Below are positions 16,955 through 24,000 of a stretch of DNA of 24,000 bases, in pieces. The position numbers and the translations under genes were made by a program. The notes below the pieces were generated by a model. That model was not told where the DNA came from. It saw nothing but the letters and a program-made list of their open reading frames with translations, and did not search any database. Position 1 is the stretch's first letter. Each line of letters begins with the position of its first letter. Origin of the DNA: Methanomicrobiales archaeon (GTDB lineage: Archaea > Halobacteriota > Methanomicrobia > Methanomicrobiales > JACTUA01); contig JAJRCO010000349.1 of the NCBI GenBank assembly GCA_028678905.1, positions 1-24,000 of the forward strand, read 5' to 3'.

Positions 16955-17019
16955 GCGGAAGGAGCCGAGTGATTGTGTGATGTGCATCGGGAGAATGTGC
17001 ATCAGAGAGGAAACACGAA

Positions 17020-17457
17020 ATGAATCTACGAAACCCCCTTCTTGCAATCGGGGCAGTTCTCCTGTTGATTGGAGCCGTGGTACTCCCAGCGAGTGCTGCA
17101 GGACAATACCTTGGGAACTCGACCGATTGCCCGAACGTTGATTGTGACGGAAACATGTTCCAGCATCAGAATGGTGCGTTAACAAAGGCGTCTGCAGCGA
17201 CGGAAGATTCTGTAGCTGCTAACATTACCGACAATCCGGCCGGTGACACGGAACGGAAAATGTTCCAGCACCAGTACCGCATTGCCTCTGGGGCAGCAGA
17301 AGATTCTACCTCATCTTCACCACAGGGATCCCAGGTCGATGGTGACCATCATAGGTACCTGGGAAGTGCGGTGAATCAGGGCAACGGTGATGGCAACCGG
17401 ACCCGCACCCAGAGCCAGCTGCATGACGGTTCGTGCGACAACTGTCAGAAATCGTAA
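17020..17457 (+). CDS. Small secreted hydrophilic protein with an internal 35-residue duplication (function unknown)
   Basis: Signal peptide MNLRNPLLAIGAVLLLIGAVVLPASA. The mature part is polar and low-complexity with three N-x-S/T sequons. Terminal Cys pairs are CPNVDC and CDNC. MFQHQ...A(A/T)EDS repeats at residues 46-64 and 81-96. A Shine-Dalgarno-like GAGAGG lies upstream and a T6 tract follows the stop. No family recognised. Confidence 0.55.
   Translation: MNLRNPLLAIGAVLLLIGAVVLPASAAGQYLGNSTDCPNVDCDGNMFQHQNGALTKASAATEDSVAANITDNPAGDTERKMFQHQYRIASGAAEDSTSSSPQGSQVDGDHHRYLGSAVNQGNGDGNRTRTQSQLHDGSCDNCQKS
17155..17307 (+). repeat. Imperfect in-frame tandem duplication (period 105 nt) inside the secreted protein gene
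   Basis: ATGTTCCAGCATCAG at 17155-17169 and ATGTTCCAGCACCAG at 17260-17274. Each is followed by a GC(A/G)GC..GAAGATTCT segment (AATEDS / GAAEDS). Confidence 0.5.
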
Positions 17458-17467
17458 TTAAACCCTA

Positions 17468-17473
17468 TTTTTT
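17468..17473 (+). terminator. T6 tract 10 nt after the secreted protein stop codon
   Basis: The sequence is taattaaaccctaTTTTTTgtg, directly downstream of TAA 17455-17457. Confidence 0.4.
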
Positions 17474-17570
17474 GTGATGACAGGTTCTAAAACCTGATTA
17501 TGGCAATCCTAACAGGAGAATCCACACCAAAGATCGATAGGGCTATCCATCCCGATCCCAACATACTTAT

Positions 17571-18017
17571 ATGGCCTCACAACGGGCGGCGGAAGCGGTG
17601 GCAGCATTCAATGGCGGATTTTCCTGCTCACAGGCAATCTGCACGACCTATTTTCAGGCATTTGGTATCGATCGTGTCACCGCTCGAAAGGTGTCCTGTG
17701 GATTCGGGGCCGGTATTGCCCGTTCCGGCAATATCTGCGGAGCAGTTTCCGGAGCGATAATGGTCATCGGGCTTGCGTATGGCATGGCGCGTTCGGGGGA
17801 CGTGGCGTCAAAAGAAAAGACATATCGCGCCGTGAATGATTTCCTGCGGGAATTCAAGCGGAGAAATGGTGATGTTGACTGTACACCCCTAATCGGTTTC
17901 GATCTCTCAGACCCCTCCCAGCTAGAGATGGCGAAGGAGAGAAAGGTAGTGACGACCAGATGCCCGCGATTCGTGAAGGATGCGGCAGAGATCCTTGACG
18001 AAATCCTGGAGTTGTAG
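17571..18017 (+). CDS. C_GCAxxG_C_C family protein (putative redox-active, Cys-rich)
   Basis: The family-defining cysteine pattern is present: FSCSQAI, SGNICGAVSGAIMVIG (the GCAxxG-type block), DCTPLIG and TRCPRFV. Size of 148 aa is typical. Confidence 0.8.
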   Translation: MASQRAAEAVAAFNGGFSCSQAICTTYFQAFGIDRVTARKVSCGFGAGIARSGNICGAVSGAIMVIGLAYGMARSGDVASKEKTYRAVNDFLREFKRRNGDVDCTPLIGFDLSDPSQLEMAKERKVVTTRCPRFVKDAAEILDEILEL

Positions 18018-18544
18018 TGAGAACACGGGACAGGAATAATATTCAATGCCGTCCTGTTAGAATTTTCCGTGTGAAAACCAGATGCCCTGGTGAGGCTCTT
18101 TCTTCGTGAGAATGCCTGCTTTTTATGGATGAAGATTGATCAGGGAGAAGGTTTACGAAAAAAGGATCGTCAATGAGCGAGGGTCTCCTGGACCATGGTG
18201 ATCTTTCGGTGGCACGTTGGACATTCCGTCATGCCGCTCTGAATAGTGGTGGCGAAAGATCTTTTACAATGGGGGCAAATATATGATTTTAACTTACCCA
18301 AAACAAAAATCGGCATAATAAATCATTCGTCGTATGGAACGTTATACCTTTGCCTGAAACATCACGAATTTCTTGATAAAAGTGACCAATTCCGTTTCAA
18401 ATTGCGATATTTGCTTTTTCTACTGTGCATGATCCGGGGGAAACCCATGCTGACTGATTTTTCCCTGCGGTACGCTCTGGCAAGACTGGGGCATTTTTAT
18501 CGGATACACGCCAATCCATTCTACCGGAGACGAACCACCCCACT

Positions 18545-18802
18545 ATGTCACATAAAGTCCGGGAACCGAACAATCCTTCACCGACATCCTCTATGGTCCC
18601 CCGGGATGGCCGATACCGCAAAAATATTATCCAGGGATCAACGGCAAAAATCATCCAGAAAAAAGACCAGCGGGAGGGGACGGCGGTTGAGGGAAGAGTA
18701 CGGGAGATCCTCACCAATTCGTCTTTTCATCCCCATGGGATCAAGGTCCGTCTGGAGGATGGAAGGGTGGGAAGGGTCAGGGAAGTCTGCCCGGAACGGT
18801 AG
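18545..18802 (+). CDS. YwbE-like small conserved protein (DUF2196 family)
   Basis: The block EGRVREILTNSSFHPHGIKVRLEDGRVGRVREV closely matches the conserved core I recall from Bacillus YwbE (ILTNS..HPHGIKVRL.DG.VGRV). The start is uncertain: ATG 18545 or ATG 18593. The latter gives a family-typical 69 aa. Confidence 0.7.
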   Translation: MSHKVREPNNPSPTSSMVPRDGRYRKNIIQGSTAKIIQKKDQREGTAVEGRVREILTNSSFHPHGIKVRLEDGRVGRVREVCPER

Positions 18803-18918
18803 ATTTTCCACAGAATCGAGTGTCCTGATGGCGTTTCGGACTCTTCCTGATATCATGATGACCTGTGTTCAGGAATGTATTTTGTGAGAGAGTCCCTTTT
18901 GTGAGTCCCAGAGGTAGA

Positions 18919-19596
18919 CTATTCTCCTTTCCTGATGGCGCCTTTTTCAACCCACCAGTCGTACTCGTGCGCCCACCGGGTCTTATTCCACTTCACGAGC
19001 TGACAGAAATATTCACGCCTCTTACGATGGATCTCATCCTGTTCCGGGTAGCGGTGTTCCCCCCGCATTGATTGGGCAAGCTTTCTCCCGAGGGCGACTG
19101 AATCTTTCTCTGCCTGCCGAATGGCCGACAGGTCTCTTCCGATGGCCACTCCCACCCCGCCCACCACGGTCGCGCCCAGCGTTGTGAGCACTTTATTCAT
19201 GTACCCGACGACCTCATCCTGGCCGCTTCCACCTGCTGTACAGACAGAACAGGCGTACTTTCCGCTCAGCATCTGACAGTGGATAGCGTCTGCCATGCGA
19301 TCGAAGGTGGCTTTCAGCGGTGCCGTAACTGAATCGATGTAGTTGGGCGAGCCAAGGACGATTCCGTCCGCATCCAGGATGCGATCGAAAAGCTCGGGAT
19401 AATCATCGATGAGCGTGCATTCCCCCGTCGCATAGCAGGTTCCACAGGCGGTGCAATACTCGATATGCAGAGAATAGAGGTCAACAGCTTCGGTGTCTGC
19501 TCCCTCCTCCTTTGCTCCCTTCAGCACTGCAATCACCAGTCGAAGAGTCTGACTCTCTTTCCCTCGGGGGCTTGCATTTATTCCGAGAACTTTCAT
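18919..19596 (-). CDS. Iron-sulfur flavoprotein (Isf-like; NADPH-dependent FMN reductase fold with a compact Cys cluster)
   Basis: Flavodoxin-like N-terminus MKVLGINASPRG, compact motif CTACGTCYATGEC (C-x2-C-x2-C-x5-C) as in methanogen Isf, and GSPNY FMN block. GGGAGG lies 4 nt upstream of ATG 19596. Confidence 0.8.
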   Translation of the reverse strand: MKVLGINASPRGKESQTLRLVIAVLKGAKEEGADTEAVDLYSLHIEYCTACGTCYATGECTLIDDYPELFDRILDADGIVLGSPNYIDSVTAPLKATFDRMADAIHCQMLSGKYACSVCTAGGSGQDEVVGYMNKVLTTLGATVVGGVGVAIGRDLSAIRQAEKDSVALGRKLAQSMRGEHRYPEQDEIHRKRREYFCQLVKWNKTRWAHEYDWWVEKGAIRKGE

Positions 19597-19688
19597 AGAT
19601 CCTCCCTCGATGATCAGAAATCAGGGCCGATAAGAGTATCGATTTCGGACCAGGGAACCGATCATCCTATCGCTGGACTTCAGTCGGG

Positions 19689-19722
19689 AAAAAAGGTAGA
19701 ATGATCCGCTTCCGGGCGGATC
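19689..19722 (-). terminator. Hairpin GATCCGC-N6-GCGGATC followed (on the minus strand) by T6, downstream of the ABC-2 permease
   Basis: Perfect 7-bp stem at 19703-19709 / 19716-19722. A6 on the + strand at 19689-19694 corresponds to T6 on the coding strand, 8 nt after the stem. It begins 10 nt after stop 19732-19734. Confidence 0.5.
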
Positions 19723-19731
19723 TGGTGAATA

Positions 19732-20484
19732 TCAGATGTTGAATTTCCGGTACAGAAAGTTACCGAGCACCTGGAAGATGATGGCGAACACCACCAGCAT
19801 GAGCAGGTCGGTCCACGGTCCGAAATGGGTCGTTCCTTCGAACCCGAAGCGGAGAATATCACTTGCATAGGTAAGCGGGGATATGATCGCCACAGTCTGC
19901 CCCCATAGAGGCATGGATTCCAATGGAATGAAAACTCCGCTGATGAAGATCAGGGGGAGGCGGATCAGGTTCAACAATGACATCACCTCACCAACGTTCT
20001 CAGTGGGATATGCGGCAAATACGGTTCCGAAACTGGCAAAGGCAAAGCATGAAAGGATGATACCCAGGACGAGGATTGCGATGGAGATGAGCGCGGGCTG
20101 ATAGAGTATCACCCCTGGGATAAACAGAAGGAAACAGATGCTTCCACTGAACATAAATCCGCTGATACTCTCACCCAAGACGATGGAAAACATGGAGACG
20201 GGAGCGGAAAGGAGCCGATCAAAGGTCCTGGTTCTCCGTTCGATCGGCACAGAAACCGGCTCGATAGATGACGCACTGAACAGTGCGGTGATGGCGATGA
20301 GACCGGGGACCAGGCTCACCAGAGGGGCGGCCCTGCCCACCGCGAATGCGAGAAGCATGAATAGCGGAAACAGGATCCCGGATATGTAGATATTGGGCTT
20401 CACATAGTAGATTTCCAGGTCTTTCTTCGCAATCGCCCAAGCACCCTTCACATCGCTTGCCAGATATTCTGGTGAGTAGCTCAT
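19732..20484 (-). CDS. ABC-2 type exporter permease
   Basis: A 250-aa protein with about six hydrophobic segments in typical ABC-2 layout. Its ATG overlaps the stop of the upstream ATPase gene (ATGA at 20481-20484). Confidence 0.8.
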   Translation of the reverse strand: MSYSPEYLASDVKGAWAIAKKDLEIYYVKPNIYISGILFPLFMLLAFAVGRAAPLVSLVPGLIAITALFSASSIEPVSVPIERRTRTFDRLLSAPVSMFSIVLGESISGFMFSGSICFLLFIPGVILYQPALISIAILVLGIILSCFAFASFGTVFAAYPTENVGEVMSLLNLIRLPLIFISGVFIPLESMPLWGQTVAIISPLTYASDILRFGFEGTTHFGPWTDLLMLVVFAIIFQVLGNFLYRKFNI

Positions 20485-21443
20485 GATCCCCCTCTCTCAG
20501 AGGAGGCTCTGGAGGTCTCCTCCAGGCCAGTAAGTCGGATGAATACATCCTCCAGGCTTGGACCGTGAGTATTCACTGACAGCGGGCGGATGTGATGTGT
20601 CTGGAGATAGTCGATGACGAGCGGAAGTACATCGGAAGGATGTGAGGTAAAGAGACGAACCTTATCGCCTTCCTTGCGCACTTCGTTTACCAGCGCGATT
20701 TTCTGCAGCGCCTCCATCATTCCTGGTTCCGGATGATCAAATCCGATCTCGATGGACTGGACGCTCTGAATGGTGGCTTTTAATTTCTCCGGCGCATCGA
20801 TCGCGGCGATAACTCCTCTGTTGATGATTGCTACCCGCTCGCACATCACGTTCGCTTCCTCGATATTGTGGGTGGTGAGAAATACAGTAACCCCGCGTTC
20901 ATGGAGATCCCGGATCACCTGGCGGATGATCAGGTTGCTCTGCACATCGAGTCCGGAGGTGGGTTCGTCCAGGAAAAGCAGTTTCGGGTTGTTGATCAGT
21001 CCCATGGCAATAGTAAGACGTCGTTTCATCCCTTTTGAATAAACTCGTACCCGGTCGTCTTTTCTTTCCATCAGATCGAAAGTGGCAAGAAGTTCTTTGG
21101 CCCGCTCCATCCGGTCGGGAAGTCTGACCCCGTAGAGCTCCCCGGAGAACATCATATTTTTCCAGGCGGATAGATCGTCATAGATATTGGAGGTTTCCGG
21201 GACGATCCCCATACACCTGCGGGCACGGATAGACTCTTTCTGGATATCGTAATCGAAAATGTATGCGTTTCCTGAAGTGGGCAGCGTGATCCCGGTCAGG
21301 ATGCGGATAGTAGTGGTTTTCCCTGCTCCGTTCGGCCCCAGATACCCAAAGATCTCCCCTACCCCTACCTGAAAACTGACATCATTCACCGCTACGATGT
21401 TTTCAAATCGGCGGGTGAGATGATCGACTACGATCGCCTGCAT
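20481..21443 (-). CDS. ABC transporter ATP-binding protein (DrrA/CcmA-like exporter ATPase with a C-terminal extension)
   Basis: Walker A GPNGAGKTTT, signature YSKGMKRRLTIAMGL, Walker B LLFLDEPTSGLD and H-loop LTTHNIEE. Confidence 0.9.
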   Translation of the reverse strand: MQAIVVDHLTRRFENIVAVNDVSFQVGVGEIFGYLGPNGAGKTTTIRILTGITLPTSGNAYIFDYDIQKESIRARRCMGIVPETSNIYDDLSAWKNMMFSGELYGVRLPDRMERAKELLATFDLMERKDDRVRVYSKGMKRRLTIAMGLINNPKLLFLDEPTSGLDVQSNLIIRQVIRDLHERGVTVFLTTHNIEEANVMCERVAIINRGVIAAIDAPEKLKATIQSVQSIEIGFDHPEPGMMEALQKIALVNEVRKEGDKVRLFTSHPSDVLPLVIDYLQTHHIRPLSVNTHGPSLEDVFIRLTGLEETSRASSERGGS

Positions 21444-21757
21444 ACCGATGGATTCCTAACGTAACTTTCGTTTCTGCTACTTAAAACATCGTTGCCGAAA
21501 TTTCATTTCATGGAAGGGAAAATGCTCGTTATCCATAGTCACCAAATCACCGTCCCTCGCGACCGTCTCCACCTCTATTCTCCGGGTTTGTCAGAAATTC
21601 ACCGCGCCATTATATTGCCGCAGGAAGACGGCGGCGATGATAGCTGCATCTTAAGGAATTAGCAGGATCCAGCGGTTCTTCGTAAAAGCTCCCATCCAGG
21701 TATCGATATGGTGGTACTTTCCTGCCGAATCGGGGACCTGCAACTACTTATCTCATT

Positions 21758-22483
21758 TTACCCTGGGATCCGGGGCAGATAGCGGAACCGATCGTTCAGG
21801 AAATCACGGTAGATCCGGAAATAATCGGTTTCTTCGTAGGCTATCGGCCGGATAGGTGTTTGATCAAAACTGCAAATGTCCGCCCCTGGGCAGGCCAGAA
21901 GAATGGGGGAATGGGTCGCGATGATGAACTGGGCACCTCCTGCCGGCCCGACACCGTGCAGGAGCTGCACCAGTTCCAGCTGCCTGGTTGGGGATAGCGC
22001 GTTCTCCGGCTCATCTAGGAGGTACAGCCCTGGGATCAGAAACCGGTTCTGAAAATAGGCCATGTGAGACTGACCATGGGACTTTTCCATAAGGGATTCG
22101 TTGCCGAAATATCTCAGCGTACCTGGATCTGCTGCTGCCCATTCATCGAGTATCTGTGCGAAATGACGGAATATCTCGGAGGCGAAGAATGCTCCCGGAA
22201 CCGGTCCTATCTGCCATTCCAGTTTCAGGCACCTGAACAGATCGTCCTCATACCGGTTTATACTGTACCTGCTTCGGTCTTCCGCCTTCCATATGTGAAT
22301 GGAACAAGCTTTGGCGATAGCCCGCAGCAGGGTGGATTTGCCGGTCCCGTTTTCTCCGATGAAGAAGGTCACCGGTGCAGTAAAATTGAGACCCGTGGTC
22401 TTCTGAAAGATTTTCAGGTTGTAAGGATACTGATCTGTCGCGGGAAACCGTTCATGCAGGATCTGAACACGGGTGAGATGCAT
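21758..22483 (-). CDS. Stand-alone ABC/SMC-like P-loop ATPase (COG3910-like predicted ATPase)
   Basis: Walker A GENGTGKSTLLRAIA, Walker B LYLLDEPENALSP and IIATHSPILL. No transmembrane or nuclease partner gene lies adjacent. Confidence 0.75.
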   Translation of the reverse strand: MHLTRVQILHERFPATDQYPYNLKIFQKTTGLNFTAPVTFFIGENGTGKSTLLRAIAKACSIHIWKAEDRSRYSINRYEDDLFRCLKLEWQIGPVPGAFFASEIFRHFAQILDEWAAADPGTLRYFGNESLMEKSHGQSHMAYFQNRFLIPGLYLLDEPENALSPTRQLELVQLLHGVGPAGGAQFIIATHSPILLACPGADICSFDQTPIRPIAYEETDYFRIYRDFLNDRFRYLPRIPG

Positions 22484-22488
22484 ATTTT

Positions 22489-22517
22489 GTACATAGATGT
22501 ACTTTCATGTATAAATC
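22489..22517 (-). promoter_or_regulatory. TATA-like box (minus strand ATTTATAC, 22509-22516) plus palindrome GTACAT-AG-ATGTAC (22489-22502) directly upstream of the ATPase ATG
   Basis: The TATA centre is about 30 nt from ATG 22483, which is leaderless geometry. The palindrome sits between the TATA box and the start codon, where an archaeal repressor would block initiation. Confidence 0.35.
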
Positions 22518-22693
22518 TGTTCGTCTTGATCATTCCGAATCTGAATTTATCGTTTTACCACTATGCCCGTACGGTGATTCGTCGGAGGAGGCTTGATGGA
22601 GATAAAAGAGTGAGGGACCGGACCGGATAACATTCTGCTTACCAAGATGTCCCGCTGGGTAACGAATTCGGTGTTAACGCCCTTTTTTTTTCT

Positions 22694-23539
22694 TTACACC
22701 CTTCGATCGAGCAGGTTCTCGATGAAGGTTCTTCGCTCATCCCGGGTGAGTGGTTCTGGCACGGGATGGTTTTCTTCGAAGGTGGGGGCCCTGTGCCGAT
22801 AGAGGACCCCCAGACCGATCTTCGCGTCGGTATTATAGTCCCATTCCCGCGCTTTTTCCCAGGCTTTCTCGTAGTCTTCCACCCCTTCTTTCGTCCAATC
22901 ATAGACATGCTCATTGTAATACCGGGTCAGATTGTTGTAGGTCACGCAGACCTGGAGGATATCTACAAAGGCAAACCCCCGATGGAGAATCGCCTCCCGG
23001 ATGAGACCCTGGAGCTGTTCTCTGCGCCCGGTATACCCCCGGGCAATGAAACTTGCCCCTGATACCAGCATCAGCTCGAGCGGGTTCAGTGGAAGCTCCT
23101 CAATTCCCTCGGGAGTAGATCTCCCCCGGTACCCTTTCGTTGACGTAGGTGTGTACTGGCCGGTAGTCAGGGCATAGACCCGGTTGTTATGCACCAGGAC
23201 CGTCACATTCAGATTCCGTTTGGCTCCGAAGATCAAGTGATCAAGACCCTCGGCATAACAATCACCATCGCCCGCGACGCATAGTACCTGGAGATTTGGA
23301 TTGGCGAGCCGTATGCCAGCGGCGATCGGTATCGTCCTGCCATGCAGGCCGTAGAACCCGTTAAGGTTCATGTAGTCGAAGAGCTTTCCGTGCTGACCTA
23401 TACCCGCAACCAGTACATTATTCTCTACCGGGTATTCTTCTGCGGCGAGCTGGGTAATCACCTCTTTCAGGGCCTGCTGGATAGTAAAATTTCCACAGCC
23501 CGGGCACCAGACATTGGGGGCTCGACTGATCAGATTCAC
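22694..23539 (-). CDS. korB: 2-oxoacid:ferredoxin oxidoreductase beta (TPP-binding) subunit, KorB-like
   Basis: WCPGCGNF N-terminal block and TPP motif GDGDCYAEG...NNRVYALTTGQ. Start set at GTG 23539, overlapping the korA stop (GTGA), with GGGAGGG 7 nt upstream. The 44-codon extension in the ORF track overlaps korA and is not family-like. Confidence 0.85.
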   Translation of the reverse strand: MNLISRAPNVWCPGCGNFTIQQALKEVITQLAAEEYPVENNVLVAGIGQHGKLFDYMNLNGFYGLHGRTIPIAAGIRLANPNLQVLCVAGDGDCYAEGLDHLIFGAKRNLNVTVLVHNNRVYALTTGQYTPTSTKGYRGRSTPEGIEELPLNPLELMLVSGASFIARGYTGRREQLQGLIREAILHRGFAFVDILQVCVTYNNLTRYYNEHVYDWTKEGVEDYEKAWEKAREWDYNTDAKIGLGVLYRHRAPTFEENHPVPEPLTRDERRTFIENLLDRRV

Positions 23540-24000
23540 GAGATCGCCCTCCCGAGCAGGGCTTCGAGTTCGTCTACGAAGAAAGGCCTCCCATTGTATT
23601 TGAGGATCACATCTTCCGATGCGTACCCGAACTGGCGAACCAGCCTGGCAAGCTGGCCCGATTCGTTGCATTCTACCGTAAACATCCGCTCTACCCCTTT
23701 GCAGACCCGGGCGAAGCTTCGTTCTGGAAAAGGCCAGAGTACCACCGGCTGGATCACGCGGAGTCCCATTTTCGTGCCGAGTTCTTCACAGATACCTTTG
23801 TTAGAACCCCAGCAGAGCAAGGCGGTGGAGGCATCCACATCCCCTCCCAGGTGAACCGGGTCCATGGCCTCGATCTCTTCGGCGAGACCTCGCATCTTTC
23901 TCATCCGTTTATCCGCCATCGCCTTCGTGGTTTCCTCATTTTCGGTGGTGATTCCATCGGGATCATGCACGTGGCTATTCACGCGGATGATCTCCCCGGA
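23536..24000 (-). CDS. korA: 2-oxoacid:ferredoxin oxidoreductase alpha subunit, C-terminal part (gene continues past the right edge)
   Basis: The frame is open to base 24000. The translation ...LCWGSNKGICEELGTKMGLRVIQPVVLWPFPE...VILKYNGRPF... is the transketolase-C-like domain II of OFOR alpha subunits. Confidence 0.8.
   Translation of the reverse strand, partial: SGEIIRVNSHVHDPDGITTENEETTKAMADKRMRKMRGLAEEIEAMDPVHLGGDVDASTALLCWGSNKGICEELGTKMGLRVIQPVVLWPFPERSFARVCKGVERMFTVECNESGQLARLVRQFGYASEDVILKYNGRPFFVDELEALLGRAIS

Noticed and set aside
18172-18234. Tiny ORFs in the spacer: a 20-codon minus-strand ORF MTECPTCHRKITMVQETLAH with a CxxC, and a 37-codon + strand ORF from 18173
   Set aside because: They are too short and mutually overlapping. 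Neither has a ribosome-binding site or promoter signal, and a single CxxC is not a zinc ribbon. No support beyond chance.
18246-18887. 213-aa + strand ORF with a GTG start
   Set aside because: Its 3' half overlaps, in another frame, the YwbE-like ORF that has a strong family signature. Its 5' half lies in the AT-rich spacer, with implausible composition and no ribosome-binding site. Treated as non-coding.
22682-22691. T10 tract abutting the korB stop codon
   Set aside because: It lies on the + strand, whereas both neighbouring genes are on the minus strand, so their transcripts would contain A10. It therefore does not work as an oligo-T terminator for either gene, and no + strand gene ends here. 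Regarded as spacer composition.
23540-23671. 44-codon N-terminal extension of korB in the ORF track
   Set aside because: It overlaps the korA C-terminus and is Arg-rich and unlike OFOR beta N-termini. GTG 23539, with GGGAGGG upstream and a GTGA overlap with the korA stop, is a far better start. Similar extensions were trimmed for livM (456-512), livG (2959-3021), acsC (8206-8232) and the MetE-fold gene (4964-4990).
1-24000. Searched by eye for CRISPR arrays, tRNA/rRNA genes, transposases, integrases, terminal inverted repeats, toxin-antitoxin pairs and known defence genes
   Set aside because: No spaced direct-repeat array, no cloverleaf-like or rRNA-like segment, and no transposase, integrase or nuclease-like ORF was seen. 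The only repeats found are the short regulatory-scale motifs and the intragenic duplication reported above.

Overview
Family calls rest on motif recognition by eye; no database search or computation was run. The window is a dense chromosomal segment, GC-rich by eye with visibly AT-richer spacers, from a strict anaerobe. I support 23 protein genes and see no rRNA, tRNA, CRISPR array or transposase/IS element. The host is probably a methanogen-like archaeon. TATA-like boxes sit about 20-30 nt upstream of several start codons (leaderless geometry), oligo-T tracts follow stops, and an iron-sulfur flavoprotein and 2-oxoacid:ferredoxin oxidoreductase are present. A bacterial host cannot be excluded from sequence alone.

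Gene content in order:
- livH/livM permeases (+) converging on livG/livF ATPases (-).
- A six-gene minus-strand operon: acsB, acsD, acsC, a RACo-type corrinoid activator, a MetE-fold Zn methyltransferase-like protein, and cooC.
- A divergent class-III aminotransferase plus RocA-like aldehyde dehydrogenase pair.
- A translationally coupled wHTH-FHA regulator plus polytopic membrane Hanks-type Ser/Thr kinase, with a divergently transcribed small secreted repeat protein.
- A C_GCAxxG_C_C protein, a YwbE-like protein and an iron-sulfur flavoprotein.
- An ABC-2 exporter pair and a stand-alone ABC-like ATPase.
- korB and the 3' part of korA.

Two candidates stand out. The first is the acetyl-CoA synthase/corrinoid Fe-S protein operon. 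It has no CO dehydrogenase subunit and no pterin methyltransferase, and carries a MetE-fold protein in their place. Its subunits are in bacterial format while the promoter context looks archaeal. The second is the possible three-part module of secreted protein, membrane kinase and FHA-wHTH regulator.
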